In this document: positions 49,250-58,581 of the stretch, in pieces
How positions within the stretch are numbered: position 1 is the stretch's first letter
Layout: every line of letters starts with the position of its first letter
Sequence record: PZ445429.1
From: a phage
Length of the DNA: 64,000 bases
Reading direction: 5' to 3' (one strand)
The notes under the pieces: generated by a model
Seen by the model: only the letters and a program-made list of their open reading frames with translations
What the model was told of the DNA's origin: nothing
Database searches by the model: none
Translations under genes and position numbers: made by a program

Positions 49250-49388
49250 CAGTAAAAGGAACCGGAACCTTCAATTCACCTTTACCCCACATAACAGATA
49301 GGAACAGAGAATAAATGGTAATCATACCGATTAGGTTGACAAACCATACTAGACCTTTCCAGATACCCTTAAAAATCTTCTTCACCAT
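49203..49388 (-). CDS. Small membrane protein (about 61 aa from internal Met)
   Basis: Single predicted transmembrane helix (GLVWFVNLIGMITIYSLFLSVMW). Confidence 0.4.
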   Translation of the reverse strand: MVKKIFKGIWKGLVWFVNLIGMITIYSLFLSVMWGKGELKVPVPFTDEVKVWTWDATSGNK

Positions 49389-49551
49389 ATTCTCCCTCCT
49401 TAATAAGGAACTCTTTCCATTCTGCTGTATCCTCATAGATAACGCAGAAATCATCACTCTTCCATGAGAAGTCATCGGTAGCAAATTCGAAACGGTAGCA
49501 CCAACTACCGTCCGGCCATACTAAAAGATCACACATGCTCTTGCGGTGCAT
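49369..49551 (-). CDS. Hypothetical small acidic protein (60 aa)
   Basis: ORF overlapping the end of the SIR2-like gene and the start of the membrane-protein ORF. Confidence 0.35.
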   Translation of the reverse strand: MHRKSMCDLLVWPDGSWCYRFEFATDDFSWKSDDFCVIYEDTAEWKEFLIKEGEYGEEDF

Positions 49552-50380
49552 AAATAGTTCCTTCCATAAAGGCTTCTACTTGACCAATGAAATGCTTGTT
49601 ACCAAAAACTTCGGCAGCTCCAGCACGCCATACAGTAACACCACGTTTCTCATACTCAAGCTGTTCATCATAACGAACTTGAGGATTAACAACCATCATC
49701 TTAGTTCCACGACATACAGCAGGAAATAATTCCCAGTTGAAGTTGATAACTTGGTTGCTACAACCCACCACAATAACCATGTCATTGCTAGTAAGAGTAT
49801 CAAACAGGTTGATTTGACCCATGTACCACGGAGCCGTCTCACCAAAGAATGTTACGTTTGGTTTTACCCATTCGTAATCCTCAGGGGCAATCGCAGTATA
49901 CCCAACATCTTCGATGATTTGGTTGCGACCCTGACGATAGATCACCTCTTTCAAGTACCCGTGAGCGTGAATGATTTCATCACGAGGGATACCAGCACGT
50001 TCCAGAAGGTCATCAACGTTAGTAGTGAAGTTCTTCACGCTATCCGCACCATAACGCTGGAACCATTCTGCAATTCGCAGATGGGCAATGTTAGGCTCAA
50101 CAGTCTGTAATTCCTGACGACGCATGTTGTAGAACTCATGAGTCTTGAGATATAGATCGTTACCATCTTCATCAATGCCAGGGAAACGAGCACTGAAGTA
50201 GTTAGGATCATCTTCACCACAGAAGCGACGGAAGCCAGCTTCAAAGTTAGGCAAGCTACATACTTCCTCTAGATCGTACTCATCCCACAAGGATTTCCCA
50301 CTAGCAGTATCAGTACGGAATGCACGGATACCACTATCAACACTTAAACCAGCACCACTAACAACGATTAGTCTACGCAT
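49529..50380 (-). CDS. SIR2 (sirtuin)-family protein lacking the zinc-ribbon cysteines (283 aa)
   Basis: Sirtuin Rossmann motifs GAGLSVDSGIRAFR and NVDDL...HAHG plus VVVGCS...VVNPQ; no CxxC...CxxC zinc module detected. Confidence 0.65.
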   Translation of the reverse strand: MRRLIVVSGAGLSVDSGIRAFRTDTASGKSLWDEYDLEEVCSLPNFEAGFRRFCGEDDPNYFSARFPGIDEDGNDLYLKTHEFYNMRRQELQTVEPNIAHLRIAEWFQRYGADSVKNFTTNVDDLLERAGIPRDEIIHAHGYLKEVIYRQGRNQIIEDVGYTAIAPEDYEWVKPNVTFFGETAPWYMGQINLFDTLTSNDMVIVVGCSNQVINFNWELFPAVCRGTKMMVVNPQVRYDEQLEYEKRGVTVWRAGAAEVFGNKHFIGQVEAFMEGTIYAPQEHV

Positions 50381-50574
50381 TATACGATTCCTTGCTTGAA
50401 TCCTTCGATGATATTTTGGAGCAGAATTGCTTCTTCTGGGCGAACCTTCTCTTGCTTAATAAGCATATCCAAACCAGCAATACAGGTAGCTACTCCAGCA
50501 TTATACCCAGCATTCCACTGCTCCATGAGCATATTTTCTAAATTACTTTTTAGATTCTGATTCAAGAAGTCCAT
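50380..50574 (-). CDS. Hypothetical small protein (about 64 aa)
   Basis: ORF upstream of SIR2-like gene; start placed at MDFLNQN. Confidence 0.35.
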   Translation of the reverse strand: MDFLNQNLKSNLENMLMEQWNAGYNAGVATCIAGLDMLIKQEKVRPEEAILLQNIIEGFKQGIV

Positions 50575-50746
50575 AAAGTTTTTCCTCCAATTCCATAATA
50601 CGATTTTCGTAAGAAGCACGCAGCTTCTCGATGGACAAAGCACGAACTGTAACTTCATCTGAATTGATCGCTAGCTGAGCTAGATCTTCTGTTTCCATAC
50701 GTCCGTTGTAAATTAAGCGATATTTGAGATGTTTTACGTTTTTCAT
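50543..50746 (-). CDS. Hypothetical small protein (67 aa)
   Basis: Charged coiled-coil-like ORF. Confidence 0.35.
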   Translation of the reverse strand: MKNVKHLKYRLIYNGRMETEDLAQLAINSDEVTVRALSIEKLRASYENRIMELEEKLYGLLESESKK

Positions 50747-50755
50747 TCTTGTTCC

Positions 50756-51037
50756 TTAGTTCTGTACTGTAAACTCATTCTTATCACAGTGAGCATAATA
50801 ATACCCATACATACGATAAATTTTCACAGCCTTAGTAGACCCCTTCGATTCTTCATAATCGATCCAGAGCCACTTGTCTTTACCTACATAATGTACCCGA
50901 AACTTCTTAACTTTCTTATCATTCCATGTTGCAACAACACGACGATAATCAAATCCGCCCAACCAATCTAGAGCCTTACGTTCTTCACTAGGCTCTCCAA
51001 GATGGGAAACATCTACTTTAGGAAGCAATTCGCTCAT
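50756..51037 (-). CDS. Hypothetical protein (93 aa)
   Basis: First ORF after promoter at 51060-51096; leader with GAGAGGAG RBS. Confidence 0.5.
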   Translation of the reverse strand: MSELLPKVDVSHLGEPSEERKALDWLGGFDYRRVVATWNDKKVKKFRVHYVGKDKWLWIDYEESKGSTKAVKIYRMYGYYYAHCDKNEFTVQN

Positions 51038-51059
51038 AGCTTTCTCCTCTCAAATTTAT

Positions 51060-51096
51060 AAATCAATTATACATAAGTTTTAGCTAGAAAGCAAAT
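51060..51096 (-). promoter_or_regulatory. sigma70-type promoter (TTGCTT, 17 nt, TATAAT)
   Basis: On - strand: -35 at 51089-51094, -10 at 51066-51071. Confidence 0.6.
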
Positions 51097-51097
51097 A

Positions 51098-51130
51098 AAA
51101 TAAAAGCCAGGTCGACTAGCAACCTGGCTG
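51098..51130 (-). terminator. Rho-independent terminator downstream of nrdD
   Basis: Hairpin agccaggt...acctggct with A-rich run on + strand (U-run on - strand). Confidence 0.6.
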
Positions 51131-51135
51131 ATTCA

Positions 51136-53010
51136 TTATTTAGCGCGAATGTCCTGATGTTTCACTCGACCCATAACCTCATGTTGTTTACCTGGGTTAA
51201 ACGGACGAGCACCTGGATTTCCAAGATAGCCACAAACTCGACGAGTTACCTCAAGAGTCTCAGGATCATGGTTGCCACAAATAGGGCATTTGAAACCATC
51301 CTCAGAAGCTATAGTTTCACCCAAGAACCCACATTCCCCACAAGAGTCTACTGGAGTATTAATACCGAAGTAATGAACTTTACTTGCAGCATAGTTAATA
51401 ACCCATTCCAGTGCATCAGGGAATCGTTTCATATCCGGTAATTCCACATAGGAAATGCACCCACCAGAAGCAATAGGAGTAAAGTTAGACTCATAATCAA
51501 ACTTCACATTTGGAGCAACCTTACGTTCTACATCAAGGTGATGGGAATTAGTGTAATATCCTTTAGCCAGAATATCTTCATGCTCTGGGAAATACTCACG
51601 GTCTAGGCGACAGAAGCGATCACATAGAGATTCAGATGGTGTAGCATACAGACTATACCCTAATTGAGTCTCTTCCTTCTTCTGATCAGCACGATCACGC
51701 ATGTATTGTAGCACACGTTGAACGAACTTGATACAAGACTCAGACATTGTATCTACATCTTTACCAAACATGAGTTGCAACATTTCGTGGCAGCCAATAT
51801 ATCCTAGGGATACAGAAGCACGCTTGTAGAAATGATCAAATACATATTCATCTGGCCCCAGACGTAATCCAAAGGCTCCTGACATATAGAGGATGGGCGC
51901 AGCTTTAGCTTGAATGTATTTTAAGCGATCAACTCTCCACTCCAATGCTTTTAACGCGGTATCCACACGCAGCTCAAGCAGATCGAAGAATAGATCAATA
52001 TTTCCTTCCGCTTCGATAGCGATTCGAGGAAGGTTTACGGAAACAACGCCTAAGTTGTTACGACCAGAAGTTTCACCATCTTCCGCAGCAGCCAGGAATG
52101 AACGACAGCCCATAGAGACTTTGTAGCCCCCCGTAACTTCTACAACCTTATCATAACTGATGTAGTCAGGATACATACGTTCAGCAGTACATTTCATAGC
52201 TAACTTCTTGATATCATAGTTAACATCACCAGGTTTCATGTTTACGCCCTCACGCAAAACAAATACCAGTTTAGGGAAGATAGCTGTACGTTTATTGATA
52301 CCCAAACCATCCATACGTACTTCTAGTATTGCTTTCTGTACAAGACGTGCTTCCCAAGAAGTTCCTAGACCAAAACCAAAGGTAATAAACGGACTTTGAC
52401 CATTAGAGTTGAACATCGTATTGATTTCATACTCCAGGCCCTGACAGGCATCGTAAACTTCTTTCTCAGTCATTTCCGTAGCCATTACAGATGCTTTAGC
52501 TTCATCCTTAGTCCAGCGCTTTGCAAACGCATGATTCTTATCATAAGACTTACGAACATAAGGAGCCAATACTTCATCTAATCGGTCCACAGAAGTACCC
52601 CCATATTGATGTGAACTAACCTGAGTGATAATCTGAGCTGTGATAGCAGCCGCAGTAGTAATAGAGTTTGGTGTACTGATTTCAGCATTACCAACCTTCA
52701 TACCATTCTTCAACATATCTTCCAAAGCAACCAGGCAACAGTTAGTCATACCTAACGCAGCGTAATCAGCATCATGGAAGTGAATATCACCAATCATGTG
52801 AGCATTTCGAATCTGGATTGGCATTTCTTCCAGAATCAGATATTTACTCAATTCCCCTGCAAGCATATCCCTTTGTGTAGGGAAACGTTCTGAGGGCTTA
52901 TTGGCATTATTAAACAGCAGCTCTTCATCTGCTGAACCTTCGATAATTTCTTTGCAGTTTCGAATCAAGGACTGCATTCCTTTATACTTTAGTTCTTCAT
53001 TGCGATTCAT
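51136..53010 (-). CDS. nrdD: Anaerobic ribonucleoside-triphosphate reductase
   Basis: C-terminal zinc ribbon (CGECGF...CPICGN) and glycyl-radical motif (RVCGYLG); 624 aa. Confidence 0.85.
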   Translation of the reverse strand: MNRNEELKYKGMQSLIRNCKEIIEGSADEELLFNNANKPSERFPTQRDMLAGELSKYLILEEMPIQIRNAHMIGDIHFHDADYAALGMTNCCLVALEDMLKNGMKVGNAEISTPNSITTAAAITAQIITQVSSHQYGGTSVDRLDEVLAPYVRKSYDKNHAFAKRWTKDEAKASVMATEMTEKEVYDACQGLEYEINTMFNSNGQSPFITFGFGLGTSWEARLVQKAILEVRMDGLGINKRTAIFPKLVFVLREGVNMKPGDVNYDIKKLAMKCTAERMYPDYISYDKVVEVTGGYKVSMGCRSFLAAAEDGETSGRNNLGVVSVNLPRIAIEAEGNIDLFFDLLELRVDTALKALEWRVDRLKYIQAKAAPILYMSGAFGLRLGPDEYVFDHFYKRASVSLGYIGCHEMLQLMFGKDVDTMSESCIKFVQRVLQYMRDRADQKKEETQLGYSLYATPSESLCDRFCRLDREYFPEHEDILAKGYYTNSHHLDVERKVAPNVKFDYESNFTPIASGGCISYVELPDMKRFPDALEWVINYAASKVHYFGINTPVDSCGECGFLGETIASEDGFKCPICGNHDPETLEVTRRVCGYLGNPGARPFNPGKQHEVMGRVKHQDIRAK

Positions 53011-53032
53011 TATACCCTCCTTCTCTAACTAA

Positions 53033-53072
53033 GACTACTATTATAACTCATTCGAAGGCGGATGTCAACAAT
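53033..53072 (-). promoter_or_regulatory. Consensus sigma70 promoter (TTGACA, 17 nt, TATAAT) for nrdD
   Basis: On - strand: -35 at 53063-53068, -10 at 53040-53045. Confidence 0.65.
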
Positions 53073-53112
53073 ATTTTACTATAAAGTTCTGTAACATGAT
53101 CTGAGTCAAAAA

Positions 53113-53150
53113 ATTTTATTTGCCAACCTCTACTAAAAATAGTATAATCA
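53113..53150 (+). promoter_or_regulatory. sigma70-type promoter (TTGCCA, 17 nt, TATAAT)
   Basis: -35 at 53120-53125, -10 at 53143-53148; A/T-rich upstream. Confidence 0.55.
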
Positions 53151-53253
53151 CGCATCCGTGTACGCGATATAAAATGATTATCTAGTACCATACATCTCCC
53201 AATAAAAGCAAGCAAATTTTTTATTTAAATGCAATATCATAGGCTTATTTAAA

Positions 53254-53291
53254 ATTGTAGTTGCTTTCTCCCGTATATATTGGTATAATAT
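53254..53291 (+). promoter_or_regulatory. sigma70-type promoter (TTGCTT, 17 nt, TATAAT) for phoH block
   Basis: -35 at 53261-53266, -10 at 53284-53289; aaaatt upstream element. Confidence 0.6.
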
Positions 53292-53362
53292 ATTTGTAAG
53301 TTGATAAACAAGATCTTTTTGTTGATCCTCTGTTAGCGAAGTACACTATAGGAGTGTTATTT

Positions 53363-54115
53363 ATGGGAAAAGCACGTCAAAAAAGAGAGAACCGCAATGG
53401 TTCAAGAAAGCGTGGCAACAAGTATGAGAGTAACGTAATTCAAGCAGATTTCTCTGGTGATTACGCCAATCCAGTTGCTAAATCCCTAGTTGGTAAAAAC
53501 CGTGAGCAAAAATCATATATCAATATGATCAAGAACAACACAGTGACTGTGGGTATTGGTGAACCAGGTACTGGTAAAACCTTTATTCCGTCCGTTCTTG
53601 CAGCTCAGGAACTCGTAGACATTCACTCAGATATTGAGCAAGTGATCCTCGTGCGTCCGAACGAACCTCTAGGTAAATCTCTTGGTATGCTCCCAGGTGA
53701 TCTGGCAGAAAAGCTAGAGCCTTGGTTGGAACCAATAGCCGATGGCATGAAATGGGCAATCGGTGATCACGCCTACAAAGGATATGTCGAACGTCAGAAA
53801 ATTAAATTCCTGGCTATCGAACATGCCCGTGGCCGAACTTTCAACAACTCCTATGTAATTGTCGATGAAGCTCAGAATATCTCCGTTGAAGCAATGATCT
53901 GTCTTTTGACCCGTGTAGGACAAGATTGTCGTTTAATTATCTGTGGAGATATAGCTCAGAAAGACATCAAGGGTGATTCAGGTCTAGCACTTCTTATGGA
54001 AGTCTATGAGAAGTACGAAAACTCTCCTTTCTCTATGATCGAACTGATCGACAACGTTCGCTCACCAGAGTCTAAAGCATTCTACGATATCTTTAAGGAT
54101 ATGGGGAAGGTGTAA
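53363..54115 (+). CDS. phoH: PhoH-like ATPase
   Basis: Walker A GEPGTGKTF; Walker B VIVDEAQN; RBS taggag then ATG 53363 (ORF track starts at GTG 53354). Confidence 0.85.
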   Translation: MGKARQKRENRNGSRKRGNKYESNVIQADFSGDYANPVAKSLVGKNREQKSYINMIKNNTVTVGIGEPGTGKTFIPSVLAAQELVDIHSDIEQVILVRPNEPLGKSLGMLPGDLAEKLEPWLEPIADGMKWAIGDHAYKGYVERQKIKFLAIEHARGRTFNNSYVIVDEAQNISVEAMICLLTRVGQDCRLIICGDIAQKDIKGDSGLALLMEVYEKYENSPFSMIELIDNVRSPESKAFYDIFKDMGKV

Positions 54116-54116
54116 T

Positions 54117-54359
54117 ATGGGAAACGTCGTACATCTGCACCGCAAAACTAAGATCCACCGTACTTCATTGAGTGCTGCTAATATGATTACACGTAAGGAA
54201 GGGGAAGAAAGTCCTAAGACTACCCTAGCGTGGAAAATTGTAGCCTCTAATCCAAATCGGCCTTTCAACTATAATGAACTGAGTACTTCTATAGACATTC
54301 TTATGGCTAAGGAAATACGACAGAAACTAACTGATATGACCGATAAACTTAAATGGTAA
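54117..54359 (+). CDS. Hypothetical protein (80 aa)
   Basis: Small basic ORF followed by an imperfect hairpin and T-run. Confidence 0.45.
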   Translation: MGNVVHLHRKTKIHRTSLSAANMITRKEGEESPKTTLAWKIVASNPNRPFNYNELSTSIDILMAKEIRQKLTDMTDKLKW

Positions 54360-54482
54360 GACAGACGAGCCTGGGTATGAAAATATCCGGGCTCTTTTTA
54401 TCTGTAAAATTGTACTTGCTAAATGACTGAGAATAAAGTAAACTATTTCCTAAATCCTGATAACTACAAAAAGGAAAGCCAA

Positions 54483-56813
54483 ATGAGCCATCGCATCGAA
54501 AAAGTAATTAAACGTGACGGTACTGTTCAGGACTTTGCTCCTGAAAAACTCAATGATTGGGCTGCATGGGCATGTAAAGATACTGACGTAAGTTGGTCTG
54601 CCGTAGTTATGGCTGCCCTGAAAAATCTACCCAAAGGTGTTGTAGATTCCGATACACTCCAAGATGTGTTAATTAAAGCTGCTGAAGGTCTTATCAAAGA
54701 CAATCCAGCATATGATACTGTAGCAAAGGAATTACGTCTTGCGCAGATGCGTAAACGCCTCTATGATTCCTTCGAACCACCTTCTCTACGTTTCTTCCAC
54801 GATCATATGGTTCGTGTCGGCGCTTGGGAAGACATGAGTGCATGGATTAGCGATGATCAGTTTGACGCTCTGAACCAAGTTATTGATCATGATCGCGATC
54901 GTTTATTCACCAGTGGTGGACTGAAACAGTTCTTCGACAAGTATTCCCGTCGTAATATTGCAACTGGTGAAATTTATGAAACCCCGCAGTTTGCCTACAT
55001 GGGTATGGCAATGGCGATGCTATCTCAACCTAACTGGACAATTCTCGATGCAATCGACCTCTACAACGCAATGTCACTCCATAAAATCAACGTGCCGACT
55101 CCACCTCTCGTGGGTCTTAGGAGCAGCGACCGCGGTTTTGCTTCTTGTTGTCTTGTTGATAGTACTGATACCCTCGATTCAATCGACACAGCCGAGCACA
55201 TCGTCTTCAAAATGGTCGCAGCCAGAGCGGGAATCGGGTATCATCTTGAAAGCCGATCAATTGCTGATCCGGTGCGAAATGGGGCATTCCCGCATTCCGG
55301 AAAACTGCCATATTATCGACACATTGACCGATCAGTAAAAGCTAACACTCAGCAAACCCGTGGTGGTTCTGCTACTGTGTCTTACCCATACTTCGATCCT
55401 GAAATCATTCAGTTGATGCAGGTTAAGCAGCAACGTGCTACAGACGAGAATAAAATCGATAAGATGGATTACTCTCTGAGCTTTAACAACCTTCTGTTAA
55501 AACGTTACCTGAAAAATGAAGATATTACGCTAATGTCCTACTTCTACGCACCAGAAGTTCATGAAGCGTTTTATGGCGAAGATGAGGCTAAGTTTGAAGA
55601 AATCTACGTGGCAGCGGAGAAACGTGTGGCATCTCTTACAAAGATCGACCACGAAGGAAAAACAATTCCAGCAGCTCCTAGAATCTCTGCAAAAGAAATC
55701 CTAGATACTTGGTTACGTATCCGTATGGAAACAGGGCGTATGTATGCTCATCACATTGGTGAATCTAACCGTCATGGTAACTTCCTTGACCCGATTCGTA
55801 TGACCAACCTTTGTGTTGAAATTACTCAGCCAACCCGTCCATTCCATCACATTACGGAGCTGTATAAGACCCAAGATCAGTTAGACGATATGCGTCCAGA
55901 AGATATTGGTGAAGTATCTCTGTGTAACTTAGGTGGTGTTGTACTAGGTCGTATGGAATCTCTGGCTGAATGGGAGAAAACTTGCTACATTCTTCTGAAA
56001 TTCGTTGATACAATCATCGAGATTCAGGATTACCCATTCCCAACTATGGAGTACACGGCTAAGAAACGTCGTAACGTTGGTATTGGTCTGATGAACGCAG
56101 CAGGTGCAATGGCAGCAGAAGGTTTGGCTTACGAAGGTGTTGAAGCCCGTAACTGGATTCACCGTGAAGCTGAAAAGCTGTCCTACTTCCTACATAAAGC
56201 CTCTGTACGTCTGGCTAAAGAACAAGGTGCATGTGACTGGTTTAATCGTACTAAGCCTTCGCAAGGAACTCTGGTAATCGACACGTACAAGAAAACTGTT
56301 GATGAACTGGTAACTGTAGGTCTAGAAATGGATTGGGAATCTCTGCGTGCAGATATTCTGAAATATGGTATGCGCAACTCTGTTCTGACTGCTCAGATGC
56401 CAGGTGAAAGTTCCTCTGTACTGCTAGGTGTTACTAACTCTATCGAACCGCCCCGTAAGATCGTATCTATCAAGGGTAGTGCAGTGAATAAAGTAATTGC
56501 AATTGCTCCAGGTGCAACTGATTGGGATACATTAATGAGCTATAAACTGGCTTATGATGTAGATCGTATCGAGTGGATCAAATGGGTAGCAACCATGCAG
56601 AAATTCTTCAGCCAGTCTATCAGTACGAATATGTACTATGACTACACCAAGTTCGAGAATGAAATCATTCCCGGCCCAGTAGTAGTTCGTGACTTTATGA
56701 CTGCTGTTAAGTACGGTTGGAAAACTTGGTACTACGCTAACTTCAACACTGAAAATGGTGGTGGAGCTGGTGAAGAAGCAGCAGGTTGTGCATCAGGTGG
56801 TTGTAACCTATAA
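54483..56813 (+). CDS. nrdA: Ribonucleoside-diphosphate reductase, alpha subunit
   Basis: N-terminal ATP-cone (VIKRDGTVQDF...LNDWAAWA); class I RNR large-subunit active-site region; start chosen at MSHRIEK after AAAGGA RBS (ORF track starts 54423). Confidence 0.9.
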   Translation: MSHRIEKVIKRDGTVQDFAPEKLNDWAAWACKDTDVSWSAVVMAALKNLPKGVVDSDTLQDVLIKAAEGLIKDNPAYDTVAKELRLAQMRKRLYDSFEPPSLRFFHDHMVRVGAWEDMSAWISDDQFDALNQVIDHDRDRLFTSGGLKQFFDKYSRRNIATGEIYETPQFAYMGMAMAMLSQPNWTILDAIDLYNAMSLHKINVPTPPLVGLRSSDRGFASCCLVDSTDTLDSIDTAEHIVFKMVAARAGIGYHLESRSIADPVRNGAFPHSGKLPYYRHIDRSVKANTQQTRGGSATVSYPYFDPEIIQLMQVKQQRATDENKIDKMDYSLSFNNLLLKRYLKNEDITLMSYFYAPEVHEAFYGEDEAKFEEIYVAAEKRVASLTKIDHEGKTIPAAPRISAKEILDTWLRIRMETGRMYAHHIGESNRHGNFLDPIRMTNLCVEITQPTRPFHHITELYKTQDQLDDMRPEDIGEVSLCNLGGVVLGRMESLAEWEKTCYILLKFVDTIIEIQDYPFPTMEYTAKKRRNVGIGLMNAAGAMAAEGLAYEGVEARNWIHREAEKLSYFLHKASVRLAKEQGACDWFNRTKPSQGTLVIDTYKKTVDELVTVGLEMDWESLRADILKYGMRNSVLTAQMPGESSSVLLGVTNSIEPPRKIVSIKGSAVNKVIAIAPGATDWDTLMSYKLAYDVDRIEWIKWVATMQKFFSQSISTNMYYDYTKFENEIIPGPVVVRDFMTAVKYGWKTWYYANFNTENGGGAGEEAAGCASGGCNL

Positions 56814-56822
56814 TAAAAACAA

Positions 56823-56850
56823 GGAGATCTTCGGGTCTCCTTTTTTCTTT
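56823..56850 (+). terminator. Rho-independent terminator after nrdA
   Basis: Hairpin ggagatc-ttcg-ggtctcc followed by TTTTTTCTTT. Confidence 0.75.
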
Positions 56851-56854
56851 GAAA

Positions 56855-56891
56855 TTTTACTTGCTAATCGCTACCAGATTTGCTATAATAT
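56855..56891 (+). promoter_or_regulatory. sigma70-type promoter (TTGCTA, 17 nt, TATAAT) upstream of HNH and nrdB
   Basis: -35 at 56861-56866, -10 at 56884-56889; aaatttt upstream. Confidence 0.65.
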
Positions 56892-56913
56892 CTCTATATT
56901 AAGGAGATATACT

Positions 56914-57432
56914 GTGAAACCTCAACTAACAAAAGAATTTCTAGAGAAATATCTAGAACTCAGAGAAGATACTCTCTATTGGAAGCCAAGAGAGACTAAT
57001 AAAGGTGGATTTAATACTAGATTTGCTGGAAAACCTGTAGGAGCCGTCAATGGAAATGGCTACCTATGCTTCCGACTTAACGTGGAAGGTTATAGATGGG
57101 AATTAAGAAATCATGTAGTAATCTTCTGTCTCTATTATGGATATTACCCAACTAAGACAGTAGACCATAAAGATACAAATAAACTTAATAACCATCCTTT
57201 AAATCTACGAGAATCAACCGATGCTGGTAATGCCCAAAATAGGGGAGCCGGTAAAAACAATACCCATGGACATAAAAACCTAGAGCCTCTTAGTTCAGGA
57301 AACTGGAGGGTTAGGATAACACACAACGGTACTGTTTACAGATCTTCCGCAATGCCTCTAGAAAAAGCTCTAGAACATAGAGATATTAAACTTAAAGAAT
57401 TTCATGGCGAATACGCTAATAATGGAGAATAA
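56914..57432 (+). CDS. HNH homing endonuclease with AP2-like domain, inserted between nrdA and nrdB
   Basis: HNH region (VDHKDTNKLNNHPLNLRESTDAGNAQN) plus AP2-like (GNWRVRITHNGTVYRS...LEKALEHRD); AAGGAG RBS then GTG at 56914. The ORF-track ATG at 56755 lies inside nrdA and the terminator and is rejected. Confidence 0.7.
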   Translation: MKPQLTKEFLEKYLELREDTLYWKPRETNKGGFNTRFAGKPVGAVNGNGYLCFRLNVEGYRWELRNHVVIFCLYYGYYPTKTVDHKDTNKLNNHPLNLRESTDAGNAQNRGAGKNNTHGHKNLEPLSSGNWRVRITHNGTVYRSSAMPLEKALEHRDIKLKEFHGEYANNGE

Positions 57433-57435
57433 TTA

Positions 57436-58581
57436 ATGACAACCTTACTAAATCTGAACTGGAATCCTGATTCTGAAGAGCTATTTCTCGGAGATGCCCT
57501 GGGAGTAGCAGACTATGTTCGTGTTGCTCATCCAGAGCTAGAACGACTCGCACTATTACAGAGGAGCCAGTTTTGGACTGAAACTGAAATCAGTCTAGAA
57601 AGTGACAAAAAGCAATGGCCTAATCTTCCAAGAGAAATACAAGAAATCACTCTGCTGAACTTAGCTTGGCAGGTTCAAACAGATTCTTTCATTAGCCGTG
57701 CTCCTGAAGCAGCTATTATGCCGCTTGTAAGCCGTCCTGAATTGGAGGGTATGCTCAAGCAGTGGAGCTACTTCGAAGATCTGCACAGCCGTGCGTATAG
57801 TAATATTATTCGTAACGTTCTGACTGATCCAGCAGAATTTATTGATTCTGTAACTAAAAACCAAGAAGCATTTGCACGTATCGCAGATTCTGTTGAACTG
57901 TTTGATGAATTGTATCTGTTAGGTCAGTATTTCCTTGCAGTACGTGATCATCGTGGTGATAATACTTATCCAGAAACTGAGTTCCCTGAAGTTAAACGTG
58001 AAACTCAGGCTAAGCTGTTAGATGCTTACTTTGCAATCTACGGTCTGGAAGCAATGCAGTTCTACGCATCCTTTGCATGTACCTTTGCTCTAGCAGAGAA
58101 CGATATTCTGCAAGGTATTGCTAAGAACCTGCAATTAATCGCTAAAGATGAAGCTCTACATACTCAAATGTCTAAAGCTATCATCCAGATTATGTTTCAG
58201 CAATTTGATAAAGATCTGGTAGATGAAGCATTAGCTAAAGCACCAACACAACTCCTAAAAACTCTGAAAACTGAGATTGAATGGGGTCATTTTATCTTTA
58301 AAGGCCGTAGTCTGATTGGTTTGAACGCAGAACTGCTTGAAGAATACCTTTACTTTGTAGGACGTAACGCATTTATGCACATTGGTGTAGAATGGCCAAG
58401 CCACTTACCTGTAATTACTAAGAACCCTATTCCGTGGATCATGAACTGGTTGGATACTACATCTTTACAACCTGCTCCGCAAGAGATTCAGATTGGCGCA
58501 GCATATCGTGTAGGTCAAGTCACAGAAACATCTATGGATACTCTGAAAGATCTTGGCAACGAATTTGAGGGTATGTTCTAA
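57436..58581 (+). CDS. nrdB: Ribonucleoside-diphosphate reductase, beta subunit
   Basis: Ferritin-like di-iron / tyrosyl-radical protein; 381 aa; follows nrdA. Confidence 0.85.
   Translation: MTTLLNLNWNPDSEELFLGDALGVADYVRVAHPELERLALLQRSQFWTETEISLESDKKQWPNLPREIQEITLLNLAWQVQTDSFISRAPEAAIMPLVSRPELEGMLKQWSYFEDLHSRAYSNIIRNVLTDPAEFIDSVTKNQEAFARIADSVELFDELYLLGQYFLAVRDHRGDNTYPETEFPEVKRETQAKLLDAYFAIYGLEAMQFYASFACTFALAENDILQGIAKNLQLIAKDEALHTQMSKAIIQIMFQQFDKDLVDEALAKAPTQLLKTLKTEIEWGHFIFKGRSLIGLNAELLEEYLYFVGRNAFMHIGVEWPSHLPVITKNPIPWIMNWLDTTSLQPAPQEIQIGAAYRVGQVTETSMDTLKDLGNEFEGMF

Noticed and set aside
56755-56913. Upstream ATG start for the HNH ORF (ORF-track start 56755)
   Set aside because: Would overlap the nrdA stop, terminator hairpin and promoter; the in-frame GTG at 56914 preceded by AAGGAG is the credible start.
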